Source of the DNA: Candidatus Aenigmatarchaeota archaeon
GTDB lineage: Archaea > Aenigmatarchaeota > Aenigmatarchaeia > CG10238-14 > SCSR01
DNA length: 58,544 nucleotides
Reading direction: 5' to 3'
NCBI GenBank assembly: GCA_043818155.1
Contig: JBDRGB010000011.1
Span: 1 to 58,544, forward strand
In this document: piece after piece, positions 27,001-36,096 of the stretch
Layout: the number at the start of each line of letters is the position of its first letter
Numbering within the stretch: the first letter of the stretch is position 1
Position numbers and translations under genes: made by a program
The notes under the pieces: generated by a model
Databases searched by the model: none
Seen by the model: only the letters and a program-made list of their open reading frames with translations
What the model was told of the DNA's origin: nothing

Positions 27001-28469
27001 TCATACGCTCGGACGGCCACAGGAAGAAGGTCACTAACTTCAACAAGGAGGACATCACGAACGAGCTGGACGTCGGCTACGTAGTGGAGCGCCACATACG
27101 CGACGGCGACATCGTGCTTTTCAACCGGCAGCCGAGCCTGCATAGGATGAGCATAATGGCGCACAGGGTCAGGGTCATGCCGTTCAGGACGTTCCGGCTC
27201 AACGTCGCGGTCTGCCCGCCGTACAACGCGGACTTCGACGGCGACGAGATGAACCTCCACGTGCCCCAGGCCGAGGAGGCGCAGGCCGAATCGAGGTTGC
27301 TGATGGCCGTGGAGAAGAACATACGCAGCCCGCGCTTCTCTGGGCCCATCATCGGCGCGCACCGAGACTACATTTCCGGGCTGTACGCGCTGACGCACGG
27401 CGAGCGCGAGTTCAGCCGCGAAGAGTTCGTGCAGCTGATACGCGCGGTAGATTCCGACATGGAGATACCGGCGAAGCGCACGATGACCGGTAAGGAAATA
27501 TTCAGCCTGTTCCTGCCGAAGGGCCTGAACATCGAACACAAGGCCAAGTCGTGCATGGGATGCGAGACGTGCACCAAGGCGAACTGCAAGCACGACGCGT
27601 ACGTGGTCATAGAGAACGGGAAGCTAGTCAAGGGCACTATAGACGGCGCAGCCGTCGGCGCGTTCTCCGGAAAGGTAATAGACAAGATAGAGAAGGAATA
27701 CGGCTCGACCGTTGTGAAGAAGTTCATCTACGACGTCACCAGGCTCGCGGTGCACACGATAATGACGTCCGCGTTCTCGATAAGCATATCCGACCAGGAC
27801 CTGCCTGACGTCGCGAAGGCCGAGATACAGCACATCATAGGCCAGGTGAGGAAGGACGTCGACGGGTTCATAGGCGAGTACGAGCGCGGGGAGATAAAGA
27901 TATTGCCAGGCCGCACGGCCAAGGACAGCCTCGAGGCCCACATAAAGAAGAGGCTGAACAATGCCATAGACGAAGTGGAGGACATAATCGCCAAGCACGC
28001 GAAGGACAGCTTCACGCTTATGATGGCCAAGTCGGGCTCGCGCGGCAGCCTTGTCAACCTCGTCCAGACCGCGGCGATGGTCGGCCAGGAGATGGTCATG
28101 GGCGAGAGGATTCAGCGCGGGTACTTCGAGCGCACCTTCCCGCACTTCAAGCGCGGGGACATCAGCCTCGAGTCGCGCGGCTTCGTCGGCCGCGGGTTCA
28201 AGGACGGGCTCACGCCCTTCGAGTTCTTCTTCGACGCGATAAACAGCCGCGAGTCGCTGATGGACAAGTCCCTGAAGACCAGGCACTCGGGATACATGGA
28301 GCGCAGGCTAGTGGGCGCGCTGCAGGACCTGAAGGTCGAGTACGACTGCACAGTGCGCGACAGCGCGAAGCACATCGTGCAGTTCGTGCCTGGCGAGGAC
28401 AACCTCGACCCGTCGAAGGTGATGCGAGGCGGCTTGAACCTCAAGTCTATAGCGGACGGCATAAAGTGA
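24072..28469 (+). CDS. rpoB1-rpoA1: fused RNA polymerase subunits B' (residues 1-627) and A' (from Met628, nt 25953) in one open frame
   Basis: The B' part has GDKFASRHGQKGVVG, NPHGIPSRMTMGQLLE, Zn-ribbon CLECG..CPIC and the C-terminal YAFKLMLDELKSM. It continues without a stop through IYPKIVVKPGESLVS into the A' N-terminus MIEFGVLNPDIIKKMS, Zn motif CRVCGGSVGECQGHFG, and catalytic NADFDGDEMNLH. Confidence 0.85.
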   Translation: MKVDGMARSAGRKEATGTEAPAGNTVDVFLDGNYVGVTSDPAGFVNEIRQARRSGQLSDQVNICHYTQFNEIRIFSDSGRVRRPAIVVENGRSKLTDDIANKVKAGELGWSDLFRMGVVEYLDTDEEESAYIALKPENLTPEHTHVELDPSIILGLSASFIPFTEYNRGDRVNYGAKMVGQSIGVFATNYLNRVDTKANVMVYPQRPVVRTHGHRIISYDKHPNGSNVVVAVCCFDGYNMEDAIVINASSIQSGLFWSMMTRTYEAEQKRYMGGQEDIIGIPEPGVRGYAGEDMYKHLPEDGIIDPEVIVGSDSILIGRISPLRFLGTMDQFITGVENIRETSVKLRHEDNGVVDRVFVSETTDGTKLIKVIIRDMKIPEIGDKFASRHGQKGVVGLIVPREDMPFTEDGVVPDIIFNPHGIPSRMTMGQLLELIGGKLGAVAGRIISAPPFNAIKEATMRSELESCGYRNDGKETMYDGRTGRRFDAQIFMGSCFYQRLDHLVSNKIHARSRGPVALLTKQPTEGRSKEGGLRLGEMEKDCLIAHGAALTLKERFDSDKTTVPICLECGNAAIYDKIKNRRYCPICTASKIVVIEMSYAFKLMLDELKSMMIYPKIVVKPGESLVSMIEFGVLNPDIIKKMSVARITKTELYDQEGYPIEGGLMDPRLGVVDPGVRCRVCGGSVGECQGHFGILDMTRPIVHVHYAKFLFSLLKLFCGKCSRILMNEAEIQTVKDKKYKIKDVAKLIHKKCPYCGSEQSKLKFIKPYTFVEDKGTLNASDLRERLVNIPDDDLKTIGVTIRPESLVITLLPISPVTVRPSITLETGERSEDDLTHKLVDIVRINERLRENIDLGAPDFIIEDLWELLQYHVSTYFDNEISGVPPARHRSGRILKTLSQRLKTKEGRFRGNLAGKRVNFSARTVISPDPMINIDEVGVPESIARELTVPVRVNDGNKEELKKIVMAGSEQIAGANYVIRSDGHRKKVTNFNKEDITNELDVGYVVERHIRDGDIVLFNRQPSLHRMSIMAHRVRVMPFRTFRLNVAVCPPYNADFDGDEMNLHVPQAEEAQAESRLLMAVEKNIRSPRFSGPIIGAHRDYISGLYALTHGEREFSREEFVQLIRAVDSDMEIPAKRTMTGKEIFSLFLPKGLNIEHKAKSCMGCETCTKANCKHDAYVVIENGKLVKGTIDGAAVGAFSGKVIDKIEKEYGSTVVKKFIYDVTRLAVHTIMTSAFSISISDQDLPDVAKAEIQHIIGQVRKDVDGFIGEYERGEIKILPGRTAKDSLEAHIKKRLNNAIDEVEDIIAKHAKDSFTLMMAKSGSRGSLVNLVQTAAMVGQEMVMGERIQRGYFERTFPHFKRGDISLESRGFVGRGFKDGLTPFEFFFDAINSRESLMDKSLKTRHSGYMERRLVGALQDLKVEYDCTVRDSAKHIVQFVPGEDNLDPSKVMRGGLNLKSIADGIK

Positions 28470-29656
28470 TTTCGGAGTTGCATGAGATGGCTGATGAAAA
28501 GGAGAAGGAAGTGGACGCGACCGAAGCGGCTCTCGAGGAGGCGTTCCCGCAGTCCATGCTCGACGAGATAGAGAGCCTGTCGAAGGAGCGCAGGTTCACG
28601 AAGGAACAGAAAGAGAAGTTCGTGGAACGCGCGAATGTCGAGTACCTCAAGAGCAAGTTCGAGCCTGGCGAAGTCATAGGAATAATCGCGGCGCAGAGCA
28701 TATCCGAGCCCGCGACGCAGATGACGATGCGGACCTACCACTTCGCAGGTTCCGCGGGCGTGAAGGTCACGTACGGCCTGCCGAGGCTGATAGAGATTTT
28801 CGACGCGAAGCGCGTGCCAGAGACGCCGGTGATGACGCTTTTCCTCAAGCACGAGTACAACAACATGGACGACGCGAAGAAGGTCGCGGAGGGCATAATA
28901 GAGAAGAGCGTCACGGACGTGTCGAAGCGCATCGCCATCAACCTGGCGGACAACACGATAGAGATAGAGCTGGAGGACGCCCGCAAGGCCGGGAAGATCG
29001 AGACGGTCGTGAAGGAGGCGCTCGGGACCGCGAAGGAGATAGACAAGGTCAAGGCGTCGTCGAAGGGCGTTGCGATAGCCGCGAAGCCGGACGTGTCGAT
29101 GAAGGACCTGCAGAAGATACGCGAGCGCGTGATGGCCGTGCACGTGAACGGGCTGAAGGGCGTGAGCAATGCCGTCATCCGGAGGGAGGGCGATGACTGG
29201 ATGATAAGCACGATAGGCTCCAACCTGGCCGAGGTCCTGAACATAAAGGAAGTGGACGACACGCGGACCTACACGAATGACCTGCACGAGACGAAGCAGG
29301 TGCTGGGCATAGAGGCGGCGCGCAGCCTGATAATAAGCGAGTCCTTCAGTACGCTGCAGCAGCAGGGCCTCGACGTCGACCGCCGGCACCTGATGCTAGT
29401 AGGGGACATAATGACGATGTCGGGCGACATCCGCTCGATAGGGAGGTACGGCGTCGCCGGCGCCAAGAGCTCGATACTCGCGCGCGCGGCCTTCGAGGAG
29501 ACGATAAAACACCTCGTGCGCGCCTCGATACGCGGCGAGGTCGACAACTTCGAGGGAATATTCGAGAACGTTATGATAGGGCAGCTTATACCGTCCGGCA
29601 CGGGCATGTTCGAGCTTATCGCGAAGTTCGAGGACGTCAAGCCGGAGGAGACGTAA
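28466..29656 (+). CDS. rpoA2: DNA-directed RNA polymerase subunit A'' (C-terminal part of Rpo1)
   Basis: GEVIGIIAAQSISEPATQMTMRTYHFAG trigger-loop region. GTG 28466 overlaps the upstream stop (GTGA); the alternative ATG is at 28487. Confidence 0.9.
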   Translation: MISELHEMADEKEKEVDATEAALEEAFPQSMLDEIESLSKERRFTKEQKEKFVERANVEYLKSKFEPGEVIGIIAAQSISEPATQMTMRTYHFAGSAGVKVTYGLPRLIEIFDAKRVPETPVMTLFLKHEYNNMDDAKKVAEGIIEKSVTDVSKRIAINLADNTIEIELEDARKAGKIETVVKEALGTAKEIDKVKASSKGVAIAAKPDVSMKDLQKIRERVMAVHVNGLKGVSNAVIRREGDDWMISTIGSNLAEVLNIKEVDDTRTYTNDLHETKQVLGIEAARSLIISESFSTLQQQGLDVDRRHLMLVGDIMTMSGDIRSIGRYGVAGAKSSILARAAFEETIKHLVRASIRGEVDNFEGIFENVMIGQLIPSGTGMFELIAKFEDVKPEET

Positions 29657-29750
29657 GGCGAATATCATTCGAGCAGGCGCGGCAGCCGCAACAACGTTCA
29701 AAAAGCTTAACATTGAAATAAAATCATCAGAACATCATCACAGTGATTCG

Positions 29751-30026
29751 ATGGCAACGAAGGAAGAGTTGAAGGACGCCGTGCAGGGCGCGGTCAAGGC
29801 CGGCACGGCCGTTCTGGGCTACAAGGAGTCCCTGAAACTAATAAGGAACGGGTCGCCGAAGATGGCGGTCGTGGCGAACAACGCGCCCGGCGCGAGGATG
29901 CTCGAGCTCGAGCACGACGCGAAGGTCTCGGGCGTGCGCCTTGAGGTGTTCGACGGCGACAGCAAGGAGCTCGGGCTCATATGCGGGAAGCCCTTCCCGG
30001 TTCTAGTTCTTGCCATACAAAAATGA
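29751..30026 (+). CDS. rpl30e: 50S ribosomal protein L30e (eL30)
   Basis: 91 aa, GTAVLGYKESLKLIRNGSPKMAVVANNAP...ELGLICGKPFPVLVLAI. Conserved position after rpoA''. A GTGAT Shine-Dalgarno-like motif lies upstream. Confidence 0.85.
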   Translation: MATKEELKDAVQGAVKAGTAVLGYKESLKLIRNGSPKMAVVANNAPGARMLELEHDAKVSGVRLEVFDGDSKELGLICGKPFPVLVLAIQK

Positions 30027-30055
30027 CGCTTTGACGCGGCCTGGTTGAAATCGTT

Positions 30056-30481
30056 ATGAAACTGAACTTCGACACCGAGACCATACGCCTCATGACGCTC
30101 TTCGAGAACATTCTCCACGTGCACGTCAAGGACTGCGTGGTGGACGCGGAAAGCAACTCCATATGCCTCGTGATAGAGGATGGCATGATCGGGCTGGCGA
30201 TCGGCAAGAACGGGGCCAGCGTCAAGCACGCCGAGAAGATCGTCGGCAGGCAGATAAAGCTCTTCGAGTTCTCAAGCAACCTCGTCGAGTTCGTGAAGAA
30301 GATGATACCGCAGACGAACTCCGTAAAGGTGCGCAGCGAGGACGACGGCCGCGTCGTGGTCGAGGTGCACGTCGAGAAGAAGAACAGGCCGATGGTCATC
30401 GGCCGCGATGGAAGGAATTTAAAGCTGTACAAAGAATTGCTTAAGAGAAATCACAGGGCGGACGACCTTATTATAAGGTAG
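30056..30481 (+). CDS. nusA: archaeal NusA-like protein (two KH domains)
   Basis: Two KH GxxG motifs (IGKNGASV, IGRDGRNL). Size and position between rpl30e and rps12 are typical. Confidence 0.85.
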   Translation: MKLNFDTETIRLMTLFENILHVHVKDCVVDAESNSICLVIEDGMIGLAIGKNGASVKHAEKIVGRQIKLFEFSSNLVEFVKKMIPQTNSVKVRSEDDGRVVVEVHVEKKNRPMVIGRDGRNLKLYKELLKRNHRADDLIIR

Positions 30482-30517
30482 GCCGCATAAAAATAAAAAA
30501 GTCGGTGTCGTGATCAC

Positions 30518-30943
30518 ATGGCAAGGGGGGAATACTCCGCGAGGAAGCTGCACAAGACGCGGCAGAAGTTCAGGTGGAAGAGCACGAAGTACAAGAGCCG
30601 CAAGCTCCGGCTCTGGAGGAAGGACCCGTTCGAGGGCGCGCCGCAGGTGCGGGGCATAGTGCTGGACAAGCGCGTGATGGAGCAGAAGAAGCCTGCCTCA
30701 GGGCTGGTCAAGTGCGTGCGCGTGCAGCTGATAAAGAACAACATCCAGGTGACGGCCCACGTGCCGGGGAACCACGCGATAGAGAAGATCAGCGAGCACG
30801 ACGAGGTCATCGTCGAAAAGATCGGCGGCGGGCAGGGAGGGCCGAAGGGGTCGATGGTCGGGGTGAAGTACAAGGTATCCAAGGTGAACGGCGTTTCGCT
30901 CGCGGAGATAGTCGCGGGCAGGAAGCAAAAGCCGACAAGGTAA
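30518..30943 (+). CDS. rps12: 30S ribosomal protein S12 (uS12)
   Basis: [39 protein letters not shown]... is the canonical uS12 pattern. Confidence 0.92.
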   Translation: MARGEYSARKLHKTRQKFRWKSTKYKSRKLRLWRKDPFEGAPQVRGIVLDKRVMEQKKPASGLVKCVRVQLIKNNIQVTAHVPGNHAIEKISEHDEVIVEKIGGGQGGPKGSMVGVKYKVSKVNGVSLAEIVAGRKQKPTR

Positions 30944-30958
30944 AGTTAGCGTGATTTT

Positions 30959-31558
30959 ATGCAAATGAAACTTTTCGACAAGTGGCCGACCGACGAGGTC
31001 AAGGTCGCGGACAAAGGCCTCGAGCAGTACATATGCCTGAAGCCGGCTATCGTGCCGAGGAGCAGCGGCAGGTTATCGAGCTTGCAGCACGGCAAGTCCA
31101 AGATAAACATAATCGAGCGGCTGATAACGAGGATGATGGTGCCCGGCCATCGCAGCCGCAAGCACGTGATATCCTCGGACGTGACCACGGGCAAGTACAC
31201 AAAGCAGTACAACACCATAAAGAAGGCGTTCGAGACAATCGAGTCCAGGACGAAGAAGAACCCGGTGGAGGTGCTCGTGCGCGCGATCGAGAACGCGGCG
31301 CTGCGTGAGGAGATCGCGGCCTATCAGGTCGGCGGCATCGTAGTGCGCCGCGCGGTAGTGACGAGCCCCCAGCGGAGGCTGGACCTCGCGCTGCGGACGA
31401 TAACGCAGGCCGCCTACAGGAAGAGCTTCGGTAAGGGGGTGAAGATAGCGGACGCGCTGGCGAACGAGCTGCTTGCCGCTGCGGAGAACGACGCGTCCAG
31501 GTCCGAAGCCGTGAAGGAGCGCGAGCGCATAGAGCGCGAGGCCGAGGGCGCGAGGTAG
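30959..31558 (+). CDS. rps7: 30S ribosomal protein S7 (uS7)
   Basis: KLFDKWPTDEVKVADKGLEQYI N-terminus and NPVEVLVRAIENAALREE core. Conserved position. Confidence 0.9.
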   Translation: MQMKLFDKWPTDEVKVADKGLEQYICLKPAIVPRSSGRLSSLQHGKSKINIIERLITRMMVPGHRSRKHVISSDVTTGKYTKQYNTIKKAFETIESRTKKNPVEVLVRAIENAALREEIAAYQVGGIVVRRAVVTSPQRRLDLALRTITQAAYRKSFGKGVKIADALANELLAAAENDASRSEAVKERERIEREAEGAR

Positions 31559-31585
31559 GCCCATGCCTGTCCTGATGTGATTTTT

Positions 31586-33793
31586 ATGGCAAACGTCGAC
31601 ACGATGGAGCGGGTCAAAGAGGTCATGACAGACCCGTCGCGCATACGCAACGTCGCGACAAGCTCGCACGTACACCACGGGAAGACAACGCTCACCGACA
31701 ACCTGATGGGCGGGGCGGGCATGCTCTCGGACAAGGTCGTCGGCGACGTCGAGACCGGGATGTTCACGTGGTTCGACGAGCAGGAGCGGCAGCGCCAGCT
31801 GACCATCTACGGCGCGAACGTGAGCATGGTGCACGAATACGAGGGCCGCGACTACCTGATTAACCTGATGGACACACCAGGGCACGTGGACTTCGGCGGC
31901 GACGTCACGCGCGCGATGCGGGCGGTGGACGGCACCATAGTGCTCGTGTGCGCGGTCGAGGGGCTGATGCCGCAGACCGAGACGGTCTTCAGGCAGGCGC
32001 TGCGGGAGCGCGTCAAGCCTGTGCTATTCATAAACAAGGTAGACCGCCTGATTCGCGAGCTGAAGCTCAGCCCTGAGATGATGCAAGAGCGCTTCATGGA
32101 ATGGATAGAAGAGGTCAACAGGCTCATACGCAAGTACGCCGACGATGATTACAAGACCAAGTGGATGGTAAACGTTAACGACGGTACGGTCGCGTTCGGC
32201 TCCGCCACCAGGAAATGGGCCATATCCATACCCTACATGCAGAAGACGGGCATAACTTTCAAGCAGATTATAGACATGGTGAACGAAGACAAGGACGACG
32301 AGCTCGCGAAGCTCGCGCCGATGCACAAGGTAGTACTGGACATGATTATCAAGCACCTGCCGGACCCGAAGGAGGCGCAGGCGTACAGGGTGCCGAAGAT
32401 ATGGAAGGGCGACCTGGACAGCGATCTCGGGAAGGCGATGCTCGGCTGCGACCCCGACGGCAAGCTCGCGATGATAATAACGAAGATGGTGCCCGACACG
32501 CACGTCGGCTTCGTCGCAGCAGGCCGCATATTCTCCGGTCGCATAGCCAGGGGCAAGGACGTGCACCTGATGGGTCTGAAGAAGGACGAGAAGCTGCAGC
32601 AGGTGGCCGTATACAAAGGACTGCAGCGCATACCAGCTGACGAGATAGTCGCGGGCAACATCGCGGCCATAGTGGGCATATCCGACGCGTTCACTGGCGA
32701 GACGGTGTGCGACGCCGGCACGGAGATCGAGCCGTTTGAGGAAATCAAGCATTTGTTCGAGCCGGTCGTCACGAAGTCGGTCGAGCCGAAGAACGCGATG
32801 GACCTGCCTAAGCTGGTCAGCACGCTGAAGCAGCTGAGCCGCGAGGACAACACCCTGAAGATCAAGATAAACCAGGAGACCGGCGAGTACCTGATATCCG
32901 GTCTGGGCGAGCTGCACATCGAGTCGAAGGTCGAGCGCAAGCTGAAGGACATGGGGCTCGATGTGGAGATGTCCAAGCCTATAGTGGTGTACAGGGAGGC
33001 GATATTCAAGCAGTCGCCCGAGGTCGAAGGGCGGTCGCCGAACAAGCACAACAAGTTCGTGATTGTGGCGGAGCCCGTGGACGAGGCCGTGATGAAGGCG
33101 ATGAACGAGGGCGCCATACCGTCCGAGTTCGAGCAGAAGAAGAAAAAGACGGACGTGACGGAGAACCTCGTGAAGCTCGGGATGAAGAGCGACGAGGCGA
33201 GGGACCTGGTATTCATACACAACAAGTGCATGCTCTTCGACGATACGAAGGGAGTGCAGTACTTGAACGAGGTGATGGAACTCGTGAAGGAGGCGTTCAC
33301 GAGCATGATGGACGAGGGGCCGCTCTGCAAGGAGCCGTGCACTGGCGTCAAGATAGTGCTCAACGACGCCGAGCTGCACGAGGACCCGGTGCACAGGGGG
33401 CCGGGCCAGATCATACCGGCGTTCCGCGCTACGCTGAAGAAGGCGCTGATGAAGTCGGACGTCACGCTGCTCGAGCCGAAGCAGAGCATACGCATAGACA
33501 TACCCGAGGAGCTGATAGGCGCCGTGACGCGCGAGGTGGAGAACCGGCGCGGCCAGGTGCTCGACATATCGATAGAGCGCGGCGCGGCCATAATCACGGC
33601 GAAGATGCCCATAGCGGACATGTTCGGGTTCGACGCCACGCTCAAGTCGGTCACGAGCGGACGCGGCTTCTACAGCATGATAGAGATAGTCTTCGAGAAG
33701 CTGCCGGCCGACCTCCGCGACAAGGCCATCGATGTCGTGCGCAAGCGCAAGGGCCTGGCCGAACTAGTGACGACGGAGGAGGACGAGGCGTAG
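31586..33793 (+). CDS. fusA: translation elongation factor aEF-2
   Basis: GTPase motifs HHGKTTLTD, DTPGHVDF and NKVDR. Diphthamide-loop region EDPVHRGPGQIIPA. ATG 31586; the track start is GTG 31577. Confidence 0.92.
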   Translation: MANVDTMERVKEVMTDPSRIRNVATSSHVHHGKTTLTDNLMGGAGMLSDKVVGDVETGMFTWFDEQERQRQLTIYGANVSMVHEYEGRDYLINLMDTPGHVDFGGDVTRAMRAVDGTIVLVCAVEGLMPQTETVFRQALRERVKPVLFINKVDRLIRELKLSPEMMQERFMEWIEEVNRLIRKYADDDYKTKWMVNVNDGTVAFGSATRKWAISIPYMQKTGITFKQIIDMVNEDKDDELAKLAPMHKVVLDMIIKHLPDPKEAQAYRVPKIWKGDLDSDLGKAMLGCDPDGKLAMIITKMVPDTHVGFVAAGRIFSGRIARGKDVHLMGLKKDEKLQQVAVYKGLQRIPADEIVAGNIAAIVGISDAFTGETVCDAGTEIEPFEEIKHLFEPVVTKSVEPKNAMDLPKLVSTLKQLSREDNTLKIKINQETGEYLISGLGELHIESKVERKLKDMGLDVEMSKPIVVYREAIFKQSPEVEGRSPNKHNKFVIVAEPVDEAVMKAMNEGAIPSEFEQKKKKTDVTENLVKLGMKSDEARDLVFIHNKCMLFDDTKGVQYLNEVMELVKEAFTSMMDEGPLCKEPCTGVKIVLNDAELHEDPVHRGPGQIIPAFRATLKKALMKSDVTLLEPKQSIRIDIPEELIGAVTREVENRRGQVLDISIERGAAIITAKMPIADMFGFDATLKSVTSGRGFYSMIEIVFEKLPADLRDKAIDVVRKRKGLAELVTTEEDEA

Positions 33794-33906
33794 GACGGCG
33801 GCCGACCCAAACATATTTAAATGTCTTCAATAATTAGTATAGGTATAAAACCCGGACGAAACGGCAATCGGCGAAATTAACATTGATTCGGAGGTAAAGA
33901 TATAAC

Positions 33907-35190
33907 ATGCCAGCAAAACCGCACATCAACATGATGACAGCAGGGCACGTGGACGCGGGCAAGTCCACGCTACTCGGTAGACTGTTGTACGACTCGGGCG
34001 TAATACGCGAAGAAGAGATGAGGAAGCTCAAGGAGCTAGCGACCGAGATGAAGAAGGAGACGTTCGAGTTCGCCTACGCGCTTGACACGACCGCCGAAGA
34101 GCGAAAGCGCGGCCTCACGATAGACCTCATGCACAGGCCGCTGGAGACGAAGAAGTGGTACTTCACTGTCATAGACGCGCCCGGGCACAGGGACTTTGTG
34201 AAGAACATGATAACGGGCGCTTCGCAGGCCGACTTGGCAGTGCTCGTCGTTTCAACTAAGACGGGCGAGGGCGTGCAGGAGCAGACCAAGGAGCACGCGT
34301 GGCTGTTGCGTGTGCTGGGCGTGCCGCAGATAATAGTCGTGCTGAACAAGATGGACACTTGCAACTTCGACGAGAAGAGGTTCAACGAGGTCAAGGACGA
34401 GGTGACCAAGCTTCTGAAGGGCATCGGTTATAAGATAGAGGAGATACCGTTCGTCCCCACTTCCGGCTACACGGGCGACAACGTTGTGAAAAAGTCGGAC
34501 AATATCCCTTGGTACAAGGGCGGGACGCTCGTCGAGACCCTGGACCAGCACGCGAAGGAACCGGAAAAGCCGACCGACAAGCCGCTGAGGCTGCCGGTGC
34601 AGGACGTGTTCACAATAACGGGCATAGGAACCGTGCCGGTCGGACGCGTCGAGACGGGCATCATAAAGACGAACGACAAGATAGTGTTCATGCCTTCGGG
34701 CGCAATCGGCGAGGTCAAGTCGATCGAGGTGCACCACCAGCAGATACCGCAGGCAATCCCGGGCGACAACGTCGGGTTCAACGTGCGCGGCATAGGGAAG
34801 AACGACGCGCACCGCGGGGACGTGGTAGGGCACCTGGACAACCCGCCGAGCGTGGCGAAGGAGTTCACGGCCCAGATAGTGGTGCTGCAGCACCCGACGG
34901 TCATAACGGCAGGCTACACGCCTGTGTTCCACTGCCACACCGCATCGGTCGCGTGCACGATAACCGAGATAATCGCGAAGATAGACCCGAAGACGGGCGC
35001 GGTCGCGCAGGAGAAGCCGGACTTCATCAAGACGGGCGACGCGGCGCGCGTGAAGGTCGTGCCGACCAAGCCGTTCGTCATAGAGAAGCAGTCCGAGTTC
35101 CCGGCGCTGGCCAAGTTCGCGGTCCGCGACATGGGCACCACGGTCGCGGCGGGCGTGTGCCTGGACCTCGTGAAGGCGGAGAAGGCTTAA
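33907..35190 (+). CDS. tuf: translation elongation factor aEF-1 alpha
   Basis: [23 protein letters not shown] and NKMD motifs. GGAGGT Shine-Dalgarno upstream. Confidence 0.95.
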   Translation: MPAKPHINMMTAGHVDAGKSTLLGRLLYDSGVIREEEMRKLKELATEMKKETFEFAYALDTTAEERKRGLTIDLMHRPLETKKWYFTVIDAPGHRDFVKNMITGASQADLAVLVVSTKTGEGVQEQTKEHAWLLRVLGVPQIIVVLNKMDTCNFDEKRFNEVKDEVTKLLKGIGYKIEEIPFVPTSGYTGDNVVKKSDNIPWYKGGTLVETLDQHAKEPEKPTDKPLRLPVQDVFTITGIGTVPVGRVETGIIKTNDKIVFMPSGAIGEVKSIEVHHQQIPQAIPGDNVGFNVRGIGKNDAHRGDVVGHLDNPPSVAKEFTAQIVVLQHPTVITAGYTPVFHCHTASVACTITEIIAKIDPKTGAVAQEKPDFIKTGDAARVKVVPTKPFVIEKQSEFPALAKFAVRDMGTTVAAGVCLDLVKAEKA

Positions 35191-35277
35191 GGTCTTCATC
35201 CTTTTTCATTTTTGCGACGGGTTCTTTCTTTCCCGCCGTTAAAAATTCCTTCGTGTTGAAAAAGCCTGTATTTTCAT

Positions 35278-35529
35278 TTATAATATCCTACCGTAAAACG
35301 TTACAAAATACCCGCCTTCACAACTTGCGACATATCTCCCAAAAGGAAACCACATCACATTATAATCACAAATCAATCCGCCTGTTTCCCTATCTATAGT
35401 GCCATCAATTTCACCTTTTTCTTGAAACACTTGGTCATGGAGAGTTTTGTCATTTAACCAAGGCGCCCAGGCCAATAGAAACAGAATCAATAGAAATGCG
35501 GCGATGATAATTTTAGTGTTTCTTTTCAT
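35278..35529 (-). CDS. hypothetical small membrane-anchored protein (83 aa)
   Basis: N-terminal signal anchor MKRNTKIIIAAFLLILFLLAWAPW followed by a small Cys-containing domain. AT-rich: 35 % G+C in line 35341-35400. It lies antisense within the tuf-rps10 spacer. Confidence 0.45.
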   Translation of the reverse strand: MKRNTKIIIAAFLLILFLLAWAPWLNDKTLHDQVFQEKGEIDGTIDRETGGLICDYNVMWFPFGRYVASCEGGYFVTFYGRIL

Positions 35530-35639
35530 AGTTTGATATTATGGATACAATTTATTAATCTTTTTTTGGCCCGCGTTGAAAAAGTAAGTGAAATTCAGGA
35601 CTACAGGACTATTCCAACAAAGTTCGCTAGACAAAAGCA

Positions 35640-35647
35640 TTTAAATA
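35640..35647 (+). promoter_or_regulatory. TATA box upstream of rps10
   Basis: TTTAAATA lies about 55 nt before ATG 35702, and a GGTGGA Shine-Dalgarno-like motif lies just before the start. Confidence 0.4.
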
Positions 35648-35701
35648 CAGACAATTCAATAAAGACTAGTCGAGAACAGGGACGCATCGGCGGTGGAAAT
35701 C

Positions 35702-36022
35702 ATGCAGACGGCGCGCATCAAACTCTCGGGCAAGAACCCGCAGCAGCTGGACGGCATTTGCAACGAGATTAAGGACATAGCGAAGCGTTTCGGCGTAGAC
35801 TACCACGGCCCGATACCGCTGCCGACGAAGACTTTGAAGATTGTGACGATGAAGACGCCCTGTGGCGATGGAACGGGTCACGGAAACGCCAGTTGGGACC
35901 GTTGGGAGATGCGCATACACAAGCGCGTGGTGGACATACAGGCGGACGACAAGGCGCTCCGCCAAATCATGCGCGTGAACGTCCCGCAGGGCATACACAT
36001 GAGCATACAACTCAAGGACTGA
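35702..36022 (+). CDS. rps10: 30S ribosomal protein S10 (uS10)
   Basis: MQTARIKLSGKNPQQLD...GPIPLPTK...WEMRIHKRVVDI is the canonical uS10 pattern. The track start is GTG 35693. Confidence 0.9.
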   Translation: MQTARIKLSGKNPQQLDGICNEIKDIAKRFGVDYHGPIPLPTKTLKIVTMKTPCGDGTGHGNASWDRWEMRIHKRVVDIQADDKALRQIMRVNVPQGIHMSIQLKD

Positions 36023-36096
36023 ATTCGTTTTCTTCGCGCATCCGGCATTAACGGGCGTTTAGCAATCATTATATCCCCGGAAAGCGAATTCTATTC

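Noticed and set aside
35533-35772. 79-aa + ORF upstream of and overlapping rps10
   Set aside because: It spans the AT-rich spacer and the rps10 promoter and overlaps the rps10 start in another frame. It has no motifs and is most likely fortuitous.
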